Source: Thermoflexia bacterium
Lineage (GTDB): Bacteria; Chloroflexota; Anaerolineae; B4-G1; SLSP01
Assembly: GCA_011192175.1 (NCBI GenBank)
Contig: DUEJ01000001.1
Coordinates: forward strand, 3,090 to 67,089
DNA length: 64,000 nt
Direction: 5' to 3'
Both the position numbers and the translations under genes were made by a program. Of the stretch, positions 27,151 to 36,564 are shown one piece after another (positions within the stretch are counted from its first letter, which is position 1; each line of letters starts with the position of its first letter). The notes beneath the pieces are model-generated. The model saw only the letters and a list, made by a program, of their open reading frames with translations. It was not told where the DNA came from and did not search any database.

Positions 27151-27708
27151 TTGGCTATTTCACGTATACGTAAAGAGGAATTGGTTACTGAGTACACGCA
27201 GCAGTTACAAAGTTCCCAAGGAGCCATTTTTGCACATTATAAGAGTTTAAATGTGCCTCAAATAGAAGAGCTGCGTAGAGAAGCTCGTGAAAAAGAGGGA
27301 CAGGTCTTTGTAATTAAAAATACTCTTTTTCAGCGCGTCATTGAAGCAAGCTCTTACGAAACCCCGGAGGGCATGATTGACGGACCTACTTTGGTGGCTT
27401 TTTGTCATCAAGATGCTCCGCCGCTGGCTAAAGTTTTCAAAAACTTCGCTGGTGGTATGGAGAGCGGCGAGTTCAATATCAAAGGGGCTTTAGTTGAAGG
27501 ACGTTTTTACAACGCCGAGGAAACAGCGCGTTTGGCGGAATTACCTTCGCGCGACGTGATGTTCTCCAAAGTATTGGCTACTATCAATGCTCCGGCTACC
27601 CAGACAGTGGGGGTAGTGGCTAGCAGTGTCCGGCAAATACTCAATGTGATACAGGCTTATGTTGATAAGTTGGAAGAAGGCGACAAGCCCCTTGCGGACG
27701 CCGCCTAA
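27151..27708 (+). CDS. rplJ: 50S ribosomal protein L10
   Basis: VIKNTLF, GPT, LAELPSR; TTG start after aggagg. Confidence 0.93.
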   Translation: MAISRIRKEELVTEYTQQLQSSQGAIFAHYKSLNVPQIEELRREAREKEGQVFVIKNTLFQRVIEASSYETPEGMIDGPTLVAFCHQDAPPLAKVFKNFAGGMESGEFNIKGALVEGRFYNAEETARLAELPSRDVMFSKVLATINAPATQTVGVVASSVRQILNVIQAYVDKLEEGDKPLADAA

Positions 27709-27742
27709 ATAACAAATTAAACTAAACAAAAGAGGTGTTTTT

Positions 27743-28114
27743 ATGGCAGATTTAGCAAAATTGGTAGAGGAAATTAGCGTCCTTACTCTGATGGAAGCCA
27801 GCGAGTTGGTGAAGGCGCTTGAGGATAAGTTGGGTGTCAGCGCTGCGGCGCCTGTGGCGATGGCCGCTATGCCTGCTGCAGCGGCAGAGCCGGAAGAAGA
27901 GCAGACTGAGTTCGATGTCATTCTCAAAGACTACGGTCCCAAGAAAATTAACGTCATCAAAGCAGTCCGCCAGATCACCACTCTGGGCCTGCGCGAGGCC
28001 AAGGGCTTGGTTGAGAGCGCTCCCGTAGCCGTTATGGAAGCCGTTTCTAAAGAGGCTGCTGAGGACGCGAAAACGACGCTCGAAGACGCCGGCGCCAAAG
28101 TCGAACTCAAGTAA
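27743..28114 (+). CDS. rplL: 50S ribosomal protein L7/L12
   Basis: [34 protein letters not shown]. Confidence 0.97.
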   Translation: MADLAKLVEEISVLTLMEASELVKALEDKLGVSAAAPVAMAAMPAAAAEPEEEQTEFDVILKDYGPKKINVIKAVRQITTLGLREAKGLVESAPVAVMEAVSKEAAEDAKTTLEDAGAKVELK

Positions 28115-28135
28115 TACGATCACTCTTTTCAAACT

Positions 28136-28174
28136 CAAAGCCCTCTCCCGAAATGGAGAGGGCTTTGTTTTTTG
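28136..28174 (+). terminator. Intrinsic terminator after rplL
   Basis: caaagccctctcc-loop-ggagagggctttg followed by tttttt. Confidence 0.9.
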
Positions 28175-28241
28175 AGCTACGACTTTCCCCGGGGCGGCGA
28201 TTCTAGCGCTATGATCAGCGTTGACCAACTTCAAGAGGGTC

Positions 28242-28270
28242 TTGACATCGAACAAATGTTCCAATATAAT
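28242..28270 (+). promoter_or_regulatory. lexA promoter with LexA (SOS) operator
   Basis: Perfect TTGACA-17-TATAAT with GAAC-aaat-GTTC (28250-28261) in the spacer. Confidence 0.88.
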
Positions 28271-28319
28271 TGGGATAAGAGGTTGGGATATTTGGGATTC
28301 AACGCCAGGAGAAGAAACC

Positions 28320-28961
28320 ATGAAGGCCAAATTGAAGCAGAAACCGCAGCAGATTCTAGATTTTATTAAAGCCTATCGAGACACGCATGATTATCCTCCT
28401 AGCTTGCGTGAGATTGGCGGGGCCACCGGCATCGCCTCCACCTCGCATGTCTCCTATTATCTAGACCAGTTGGAGGAGAAAGGCTACATCGCGCGCGATA
28501 ATCGTATTTCACGAGGCATTCAGCTGCTTGGAGCTGCGGAACCGTTTGCCCACGCAGCAGCAGAAGTTGTCTCCGTCCCTTATCTGGGCTATATCGTCGC
28601 CAGCGCCCCCATCAGCGTGGAGCCGTTGCCCGGCGATGAGACGGTGGAAATCAGCCGGGTGTTCTTCGGACATGATACCTCAAATCTCTTCGCGCTCACC
28701 GTGCAGGGGAGTTCCATGATTGACGCACTCATCAACGATGGCGACATGGTTATTATCCAGCAACAGGAACGGGTAGAAAACGGCCAGATGGCTGCCGTCT
28801 GGTTAGATGACCCCGGCGAAACCACGCTGAAAAAGATTTATTATGAAGGCGATCAAGTCCGGCTACAACCGGCAAATCCTACCATGGCGCCCTTCTACGA
28901 GCCGGCCGAAAATGTCCGCGTGCAGGGTAAGGTGGTCATGGTCATCCGGCAGTTAGGGTAA
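28320..28961 (+). CDS. lexA: SOS repressor LexA
   Basis: YPPSLREIG, SRGI, LFALTVQGSSM (Ser), TTLKK (Lys), LQPAN; ATG 28320. Confidence 0.95.
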   Translation: MKAKLKQKPQQILDFIKAYRDTHDYPPSLREIGGATGIASTSHVSYYLDQLEEKGYIARDNRISRGIQLLGAAEPFAHAAAEVVSVPYLGYIVASAPISVEPLPGDETVEISRVFFGHDTSNLFALTVQGSSMIDALINDGDMVIIQQQERVENGQMAAVWLDDPGETTLKKIYYEGDQVRLQPANPTMAPFYEPAENVRVQGKVVMVIRQLG

Positions 28962-29463
28962 ATTACAATGTCAACTCAACCATGCGCTGTAGTGGTGATG
29001 GGGAACCAATAGCTATCTCCCCGGCCGTGAGATAGATTTCACCATAGAGGCGAACTTCACGGAGAATTTGGATTGCGTGGGGCCAGCGGGCGAGTATGCT
29101 AGCCGAGGCTTCGCGCAACCGCCCTACTCGGGATAAGCCTCGGCCCCGCGTCCCTGGCGACGGATGCCAGCGACGCTCTTGCCTCGAAAACGCGTCCTCA
29201 TCCGCAGCCCCGCGCTGGAGGGCACATTGTTACTTCAAACCAACTCGACTTATACTTTTTGCAGTTTTGTGCTAAAGTGATAAGTAAGTATTGAGATGCT
29301 TCTGGAATTAGGGGAAACTCCTCCAGGGACGACCTGGTTTAGCAAGGTAAATAAAATTCCGCCTGAATACAGGCAGAAACGTATTTGGGAATAACGAAGA
29401 ATTTTTGCTCAAGTACTTAGCTCCTCGTTGAGGCTCTGTAAACTTAGTCTAAGGTAGGTCATT

Positions 29464-30957
29464 ATGGTCTTTTTACTATTGGTAACTATTATCGCGTATC
29501 CGCTGGCCTCCTATTTTCTAGAGCGCTACTTGCGACAGCATCCGCCTAACGCCTCTAGTGAATTCGTCTCCGTTGGCGAGCGCTTTTGGCAGGCCGCTGC
29601 GCGCATAACGCTTCCCTTGTGGTTGCTACTCCTAACCGGGCTGATGTGGGCCTTCAGTACCGCAATGCCGGCCAGCTGGGTTTTCTTACTCCTTGGCGGA
29701 GTACCATTACTTTTGGTCGGCGTCTGGCTATGGCGGCTAGAGTTTGGGACTTCCTTCATCATGGCTTCGATCCTAGGGCTGCTCGTGTTGCTGGTTCTGA
29801 TGGCGGGATTGGCTTCTGGGCATTTGAACAAACTAGATGCCACCGTGTTACCTCTCCTCTTTTTCATTCTAGCGCCGACAATTTTCATGCTTTACCTTCT
29901 CTTTCAGTGGGCAGTGGACTTTATCCCTGTGGGCGTGGGGGAAAAGGAGGCTCACCGTATGGAGGCCGCACAACTCGTCGCCGGCCTCTTTACTACTTTT
30001 CCCAAAGCTTCCACCATCGTTGAACATGGAAAGACTAAAACGAGTATCAAGGGAAATCCATTCTTGGGAACTGGGCCGGGACTGTTGATCACCGAGCCGG
30101 AAAATGCCGTGGCCTTGCGTGATGGCTCCAGCGTGAAGCGCTTTGTCGGGCCGGGAACCGTCTTCACTGGCCGCGCGGATGTACCCTTTGCCACTCTAGA
30201 CCTGCGCTCGCAATTCCGCGTGACCAGAATCGAGACGGCCACCAAGGACGGCATTTCAGTGCGCCTCCCCTGTTCGTCTATCTTCCAAGTGGACCCTGGG
30301 CCGGGCACGTTGCAACTGCACAAACCCTGGCCTTATAGCAGCAAAGCTGCTTATCTGACTCTCTTAGCCGGGGCGGAAGTCAACCCTGCTACCGGGGAGG
30401 ATAAATATCAAGCCACCCCGTGGAGGGAATTACCCTTACGCACCGCTACTTTCAAATTGCGCCAAGTGGTAGCCCAATACACCTTAGATGAGCTCTTTGC
30501 GACGATCAAACAAGCCCCAGATAAATTGCCCCGCCACGTCATTACTGGTGAGATGCGACCCTACGTTGATGCGGAGATGCTCAAGAAGGGTATTCGCGTA
30601 ACTGGTGGTAGCGTGGGCGCTAAGATCGCTCCCGTGGATGAGAGAGTAGTCACACAGCGTATCGAAAATTGGAAAGCGCATTGGAGCCGCGTCCTCACCA
30701 TTAACCAGGGTAGAATCGATGCCGAATATCTTATCCAACTGCGACGCGTGCGGAGCAAAGTGCTCGGTAAAATGCTAGCCGAAATGCTCAAACAATCCCA
30801 GCTCTTGGCAAACGATGATCAGATTTCACGTTCTCTAGTAGCCATATATTTATTAGATTCATTAGAGGATATTGCCCGCAACCCGGGCCTGGAACCGCTG
30901 CTGCCGGAGGCCACCTACTATATTCACAAAACACGTCAGGCACTGAAAGAGGACTAA
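29464..30957 (+). CDS. Membrane protein with probable SPFH/band-7-like domain
   Basis: About five N-terminal TM helices; GPG motifs, LDLRSQFR, TKDGISV, YTLDELF; helical C-terminus. Confidence 0.7.
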   Translation: MVFLLLVTIIAYPLASYFLERYLRQHPPNASSEFVSVGERFWQAAARITLPLWLLLLTGLMWAFSTAMPASWVFLLLGGVPLLLVGVWLWRLEFGTSFIMASILGLLVLLVLMAGLASGHLNKLDATVLPLLFFILAPTIFMLYLLFQWAVDFIPVGVGEKEAHRMEAAQLVAGLFTTFPKASTIVEHGKTKTSIKGNPFLGTGPGLLITEPENAVALRDGSSVKRFVGPGTVFTGRADVPFATLDLRSQFRVTRIETATKDGISVRLPCSSIFQVDPGPGTLQLHKPWPYSSKAAYLTLLAGAEVNPATGEDKYQATPWRELPLRTATFKLRQVVAQYTLDELFATIKQAPDKLPRHVITGEMRPYVDAEMLKKGIRVTGGSVGAKIAPVDERVVTQRIENWKAHWSRVLTINQGRIDAEYLIQLRRVRSKVLGKMLAEMLKQSQLLANDDQISRSLVAIYLLDSLEDIARNPGLEPLLPEATYYIHKTRQALKED

Positions 30958-30960
30958 ATT

Positions 30961-32265
30961 ATGGCTAGTATTAAGAATTATCTGCTGACAATCACTAAAC
31001 AGAGCACCGATAGAGGCCAGAAACTCCTCCTAGTACTGGGGGTGGGGACGGGTGCTACGGCTATCTTCGCCCTCTTCTTGGCTATCGCTTTCCCCGCCCT
31101 CCAGCGGCAGCTAGAATCTCCGCTGGACCTGATGTTCAGTATCTTGGGATACCTGCTGCTCTTTGTCTGCGTAATGGCGATGGCTTTCTTGGCTGCCAGG
31201 GGTATCTTTATCCAATTCGTGCAACGCATGTACAACTTGGATGCTGAAGAAGCTACCGGTTTAGTCAACCGGATCATTGGTGGTCTGCCGGAAAAACCTC
31301 CTTTTTCGCCTGTGATTGCCGTACGGCAAGGGCATATTATGGATAACGCGCCGAACGTATTGCGCAAGGTCGGCGGCCCCGGTTTCTTGAGCGTGGGGCA
31401 TGAAAATGCGGTGGTGCTCTCGCGCGGAGGGATTTTGGTCAAAGTGTTAGGGCCGGGCTGGTACCGCCTGGAAGCCTTTGAGAAGGTCTGGCGCGTGGTG
31501 GATTTGCGCACTCAGCGGCGGGAGATCACCGTGGAGACCAACACCCGCGATGGCATCCCAATCACGTGCCAAGCAGAAATCCGTTTCCATGTGGATAATG
31601 GCGCAAACACAGCGCACGCCTTACCTTTTACTGAGGTAAGTAAAAAGTCGGTCTTCCAGCTGGCGACAAATATAGTAGCGCTAGCCCCTGGGGGACTGGA
31701 AGAAGAACGCACGGCGATGAAGCTTATTGCCGGCGGTAAATTGGATGGGCAGATTCGTAACTGGATAGAACAGTATCGCTTGGACGAGCTCTTCTCCCCG
31801 CAACGTGAGATACCGGTCATCGTAGAATTACAGGCGGCGGTCACGGACGCGACTATCAGAGCTGGCCGGGAGTGGGGTCTCCAGGTGGAACAAGTAGAGA
31901 TTAAGAGCCTCCTGCCTTCCGGAGAGCTCATCTCTGAACAGTGGTTCGAGATGTGGCGCTCAGAATGGGACTACCTGGCAAACAAGGAGAAAGCTGTCGC
32001 CAAAGCCGAGGGGACCGAGATTGTCAAAATGGCCCGGCTGCAAGCTCAAACTCAATTGGTGGATAATCTGATCCGGCAACTAAAAAAGATAGCGCCAGAA
32101 GACCGACAGATTTCCCCGGCTTTGGTGCATCTCCGGTTCTTGGATGTGGTGCGTTCCCTGGCCGAGAGCGATCCACTGGTACGCAGCACTATGTTCAAAG
32201 AAGCCCAGGGGTTGGGCAATATTATTGAGATGCTACAATCATTGCCTGCTCTTGACTCAGAGTAA
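30961..32265 (+). CDS. SPFH/band-7 domain membrane protein
   Basis: Two TM helices; VLGPG, VDLRTQRR, TRDGIPI, YRLDELF, WGLQVEQVEI; same motif series as the preceding ORF. Confidence 0.75.
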   Translation: MASIKNYLLTITKQSTDRGQKLLLVLGVGTGATAIFALFLAIAFPALQRQLESPLDLMFSILGYLLLFVCVMAMAFLAARGIFIQFVQRMYNLDAEEATGLVNRIIGGLPEKPPFSPVIAVRQGHIMDNAPNVLRKVGGPGFLSVGHENAVVLSRGGILVKVLGPGWYRLEAFEKVWRVVDLRTQRREITVETNTRDGIPITCQAEIRFHVDNGANTAHALPFTEVSKKSVFQLATNIVALAPGGLEEERTAMKLIAGGKLDGQIRNWIEQYRLDELFSPQREIPVIVELQAAVTDATIRAGREWGLQVEQVEIKSLLPSGELISEQWFEMWRSEWDYLANKEKAVAKAEGTEIVKMARLQAQTQLVDNLIRQLKKIAPEDRQISPALVHLRFLDVVRSLAESDPLVRSTMFKEAQGLGNIIEMLQSLPALDSE

Positions 32266-32277
32266 TGGTGGTTTGAG

Positions 32278-33204
32278 ATGCAGAAACCCATTCACGGAGT
32301 ACTTATCCCAGAGGAAGTAACACCGTTCTTTTTAGTTGAAATCCCGGTCACCTCCTCACCGCTGGTCAGCAAGCTGCAAACGCTACAACGTGAATATCTT
32401 CAAAAATCACCTGTCGTTCTCTGGCGACGAATCTCCACCCTCCTCACTGCCGCCATCCAGCTACAAGCCGATCACCTGGCGGGGCTGTTACAATTTCTAC
32501 AAGCTGATTTGCTCTATCGCCAGGGAGAGCTAGCGGCGGCCTTGACGATGACCGAAACCGCTCAAGCAAAATTAGCGCTACAAGTTCCGCATCTAGCCCG
32601 CTATCACGAGGCCCTGGCTGGTTATTTTGCCGGCCTGCTCTACTATCTGAATCGCCAACCGGCTGCTTATCCACTCCTAATGGAAGCTGTACAATCCCTC
32701 AATGCAGTCCAGGCTTTTTGGAATTATCGAGGGGGAGACCCCAAAGTTAGCCGCTGCCAGCAGCTGCTCTTTTGGATCAACGATTTATTAGCATTGCATG
32801 ATGAATTTTATCAGACGCAAGATCGCCTGATCGTCCCCCTTTACGAAAAAAATCTCGCGGCTAAAGTTGAGCTAGTCGGAGCTACCAGTGTGACCCAGCG
32901 AGAGATGTTGCCCTCCACAGAGACCGATACCGCTCCGCGTTTGCCATCTGGCGTTATCCGGAAGGAGTCGCCAGTATGGTATTATTTTGCCCTGAAGGTG
33001 CATCCAGCGGCGCAATTCCAGAGCCGGAATGATTTGGGTGCGTCTTTGCTAGCCAGGAGCTCGCCGGAATACGTCTACTGGGCAGCCACTCCACAAACTG
33101 CGACTGAGTTTCTCCGAGATGCCCGCGGTAAGATCGCACCAGTTATTCCAACTAGGCCGAGCTATCACGTGACCATAGGAGGAGAAAACGCTCATGAATA
33201 CTGA
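32278..33204 (+). CDS. Hypothetical protein (TPR-like N-terminus, possible degenerate S24-like C-terminus)
   Basis: 308-aa ORF in operon; helical repeats; IVPLY...YFALKV motifs. Confidence 0.6.
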   Translation: MQKPIHGVLIPEEVTPFFLVEIPVTSSPLVSKLQTLQREYLQKSPVVLWRRISTLLTAAIQLQADHLAGLLQFLQADLLYRQGELAAALTMTETAQAKLALQVPHLARYHEALAGYFAGLLYYLNRQPAAYPLLMEAVQSLNAVQAFWNYRGGDPKVSRCQQLLFWINDLLALHDEFYQTQDRLIVPLYEKNLAAKVELVGATSVTQREMLPSTETDTAPRLPSGVIRKESPVWYYFALKVHPAAQFQSRNDLGASLLARSSPEYVYWAATPQTATEFLRDARGKIAPVIPTRPSYHVTIGGENAHEY

Positions 33205-34129
33205 AGAGCATAACGTACTGGTAATTGGGGCCGCCGGCTTGGACATCAAGGTCCGGCCAGATATGCAAGCCATCGAGAGTGATCAATCGAATCCGGCGCA
33301 TATACGGTGGAGCTGGGGCGGAGTAGCGCGCAATATGGCAGAGAACCTGGCGCGACTGGGAGCGAATGTACAATTCATCACGGCCGTGGGAGATGACGAA
33401 TCTGGCGAGGAGCTTCTCACGCAACTACATCAAATTGGCGTTGAGACCACAGCTACCCTCGCCGTCGCGGGGCAAAAGACCGCCTCTTATGTGGAGATAC
33501 TCCACCGTGACGAGCGCCTCTGGATAGCTTTTGATGATATGCAAATTATCCGGGCGCTCACCCCAGATTATCTGGCTGATTATCAGTGGCTCTTCCAAGA
33601 GACAGAATTAATTTGTTTAGACGCCAATCTCTCTTGGGGCACGCTCTGGTTGATCTTTAAGTTGGCTCAACAATACGAAATCCCCGTCTGTGCCGATCCC
33701 ACCACCGCGTCATTGGCTCCGCGACTACATCCTTTTCTCTCTCGGATCACCGTCTTAACTCCTAGCCGCCAAGAAGCGGAGGCGCTCTTGGATAGAGAGC
33801 TCTCTACGCCAGATGGTATCCTCCAGGGAGTGCGTGATCTAGCATACAAAGGGGTGGAACTGGCAATCATTACCCAGGGAGCCGAGGGTCTCTCTTATGC
33901 TACGGCGGAGGAGAGCGGGTGCTTGCCTCCTTTCAACGCACGGGTGGTGGATCACATCGGTGCGGGGGACGCGCTCACAGCCGCAGTGGCTTATGGTCTC
34001 TTGGAAGAATTACCCCCGGCCGAGGCGGTGCGCTTGGGTTTGGCCGCCGCGGCCCAGACCATCCATTGCTCCGAGACGGTCTGCCCCGATATTACTCTAG
34101 AGAGCCTCTACGACCAGCTGATCGTCTGA
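33194..34129 (+). CDS. PfkB family carbohydrate kinase (pseudouridine kinase-like)
   Basis: WGGVARNMAENLARLG, DANL, VVDHIGAGDA. Confidence 0.88.
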   Translation: MNTEEHNVLVIGAAGLDIKVRPDMQAIESDQSNPAHIRWSWGGVARNMAENLARLGANVQFITAVGDDESGEELLTQLHQIGVETTATLAVAGQKTASYVEILHRDERLWIAFDDMQIIRALTPDYLADYQWLFQETELICLDANLSWGTLWLIFKLAQQYEIPVCADPTTASLAPRLHPFLSRITVLTPSRQEAEALLDRELSTPDGILQGVRDLAYKGVELAIITQGAEGLSYATAEESGCLPPFNARVVDHIGAGDALTAAVAYGLLEELPPAEAVRLGLAAAAQTIHCSETVCPDITLESLYDQLIV

Positions 34130-34151
34130 ACTGGCTGTTGGAAATCCAGCT

Positions 34152-34661
34152 ATGCTTAGTTTGAGCGCCGCCCAAATCAAAGAACTACTCGCCCTTCAAC
34201 CACACCCCGAGGGCGGATATTTTGCGCCGACCTATCGCTCGGCCGCCGTCATCCTGCCAGCCGCTCTCCCTGCGCGTTACCTCGCGCCACGTCCGCTCAG
34301 CACCGCCATCTATTACCTGCTGACTACGGGGAGTTGCTCGCGGTTACACCGCCTAAAATCCGATGAAATTTTCCACTTCTACGGAGGGGATCCGGTAGAG
34401 ATGTTATTTCTCTCCTCAGACGGTACCGGGAAGACTCTCTACTTGGGCAATGACCTGTTGGCCGACATGTATCCGCAACTGCTCGTACCGCACGGCGTCT
34501 GGCAAGGAGCCCGGCTCTACAAACCGGAAATTGGGTTTGCATTACTGGGTTGTACCGTCGCTCCGGGTTTTGATTACGCGGACTTTGAGTTAGGAGTACG
34601 GGCTCCGTTGCTAGCGCATTACCCGCAATTCGCCGCGCAGATCAGAGCGCTCACCGAGTGA
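34152..34661 (+). CDS. Cupin_5 (DUF985) family protein
   Basis: LQPHPEGGYF, STAIYYLL, HRLKSDEIFHFY, CTVAPGFDYADF. Confidence 0.9.
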   Translation: MLSLSAAQIKELLALQPHPEGGYFAPTYRSAAVILPAALPARYLAPRPLSTAIYYLLTTGSCSRLHRLKSDEIFHFYGGDPVEMLFLSSDGTGKTLYLGNDLLADMYPQLLVPHGVWQGARLYKPEIGFALLGCTVAPGFDYADFELGVRAPLLAHYPQFAAQIRALTE

Positions 34662-34709
34662 GCCAGAGTCTTAGTAAGTTAAAAAGGGTGGCTCTTTAGG
34701 ATTTCACCT

Positions 34710-34883
34710 GGTCAAGCCACAAGCAACTGCAAATGGACGCCAATAAACGCGAAAAAAATCAAAAAGCAGTGCCAGCTGGATAATCTGTGGTGAAAAATTT
34801 ACGTCTCTCTGGCCCCCACCCTGCAGAGTCCCAGAGACCCTAATTTTTAATCTGCGAGCGCAGCCTGCGTTTATCTGCGTCCC
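34710..34883. repeat. Dispersed intergenic repeat related to 59899-59989
   Basis: ggtcaagcca...aaaaaaatcaaNaagcagYgYca...taatct...tttac shared with 59899-59989; ggacgc/gcgtcc arms. Confidence 0.65.
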
Positions 34884-34917
34884 TTTCTCCAGTAAACTTA
34901 TGGTATAATTTTCCCTT

Positions 34918-36285
34918 ATGTTAAAAATGAGACCCAAACATTTCCGCTTATTGGTACGCGGGGGGCTAGTGCTAAGCTACCTGCTTATTCTCCTGCTCGC
35001 TAATCTAGTCACCTTCACCCGGATACGAGAGCTGGCCGCCCGCTCGGAGATGCTCCCTATCTTTACGACCAGGGATAAGGGGCCGAGTATCAATGTGGAA
35101 TATGAGGAGGGAGAACCGTTACCCAGTTGGACCGGCACCGAACGCCTCTCCATTCTGCTCTTGGGTATTGACGAACGGGCGCAATGGGATGAGGAAGCCT
35201 GGCGCACGGATACCATGATTGTCCTCACCTTAGACCCGGTGACATTACAAGCCGGCGTGCTCTCAATACCTCGTGATATTTGGGTCGAAATTCCCGGCTA
35301 CCAATCCAATCGTATCAACACGGCTCATTACATCGGGCAAGTTGACGATTATCCCGGCGGCGGCCCGGCTCTAGCCGTGGAGACAGTGGAACAGAATCTG
35401 GGTATAGAGTTGGATCATTATGTCCGGGTCAACTTTCAAGCTTTCATCAATATCGTCAATGAGATTGGAGGCATTGATATCTACGTTGAGGAAACGATTG
35501 ACGATCCTTTTTACCCCGATACCCGACATGGCTATGATCCGCTCTACATCGAGGCCGGACAACACAATTTTGAGGGGGAGATCGCGCTCAAATATGCCCG
35601 CACGCGGCACTCCGGGCAGGGGGATTTTGACCGCGCGCGGCGTCAACAGCAAGTGATATTAGCCATCTTGGACAAAGCGATGCAGCCGGCCGTCTTGAGC
35701 AAGCTGCTCACCAGAGCTCCTGAACTCTACGCCATGGTAGAATCTTCCATCGACACCGATTTCAAGTTAGACCAGCTAATCGCTCTAGCGGGGTTAGCTA
35801 GCCAAATTGACCGCGATGAAATCCGGTTCGCAGTGGTGGACGAGAGCTGTACGGAGAACTGGACTACCCCCGATGATGCTCAAGTATTAGTTCCCATCCG
35901 CGAACGGATGCGCCAAAAACGGGATTACATCTTTGGGATCGGTCCTGAACCTGGTGCTGCCAGCGACTCGGAGGAACAAACTGCCACACTCTCGATACTC
36001 AACGGCACGTTGACGCCGGGGCTAGCGGGCGCCACCGGGGAATATCTACGCCAGCATGACGTGGAAGTTACCAACTACGCTAACGCAGACCGGCAAGATT
36101 ACGCGGAATCGATAATTATTCTCAATCGCGCTAAGCCGGCGTTGGCCCAACGTCTCGTGGAATTGTTGGGCGTGCCACCATCAGCCATCGTTAATGGAGA
36201 TAATCCCACGGCGGAATATGATATTATTGTCATTTTGGGGCAAGATTACGCGGAATGGGTCTCCTCAAAGCAGTCCGGTAACTGA
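34918..36285 (+). CDS. LCP (LytR-CpsA-Psr) family protein with LytR_C domain
   Basis: ILLLGID, RTDTMI, LSIPRD, YARTR, DFDRARRQQ, ILNGT...GLAG. Confidence 0.92.
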   Translation: MLKMRPKHFRLLVRGGLVLSYLLILLLANLVTFTRIRELAARSEMLPIFTTRDKGPSINVEYEEGEPLPSWTGTERLSILLLGIDERAQWDEEAWRTDTMIVLTLDPVTLQAGVLSIPRDIWVEIPGYQSNRINTAHYIGQVDDYPGGGPALAVETVEQNLGIELDHYVRVNFQAFINIVNEIGGIDIYVEETIDDPFYPDTRHGYDPLYIEAGQHNFEGEIALKYARTRHSGQGDFDRARRQQQVILAILDKAMQPAVLSKLLTRAPELYAMVESSIDTDFKLDQLIALAGLASQIDRDEIRFAVVDESCTENWTTPDDAQVLVPIRERMRQKRDYIFGIGPEPGAASDSEEQTATLSILNGTLTPGLAGATGEYLRQHDVEVTNYANADRQDYAESIIILNRAKPALAQRLVELLGVPPSAIVNGDNPTAEYDIIVILGQDYAEWVSSKQSGN

Positions 36286-36295
36286 AAAAGAGAGC

Positions 36296-36540
36296 TCACC
36301 ACAGAGACACAGAGAAAAACATAAATTTTATGGTAAACATGACTTCCCCGGAGGAAGAGTGCTTTTGCCGCAAAGACGCGAAGGCGCAAAGATTTGAAAA
36401 TTAGCTTTCAGAGAATTAACTTTTTGACTGGTATTACTAAATTTTTCTTAGCGTCTTGGCGTCTTAGCGGAGAACTAACTTTTTGCAACGGAGCCAAGTT
36501 TAAAATCTCGGTGCTCTCCGTGCCTCCGTGGTGAAATTTT
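36296..36540. repeat. Nested composite repeat
   Basis: Outer caccacagagacacagag / ctccgtgcctccgtggtg arms enclose ccgcaaagacgcgaag...cttagcgtcttggcgtcttagcgg and ttttgcaacggagcc. Confidence 0.75.
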
Positions 36541-36564
36541 TGCTCTCTAGACGAAGGAATCCCC

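Noticed and set aside
28221..28319. Longer LexA start at 28221
   Set aside because: It would include the promoter and SOS box; ATG 28320 has an RBS and gives a normal length.
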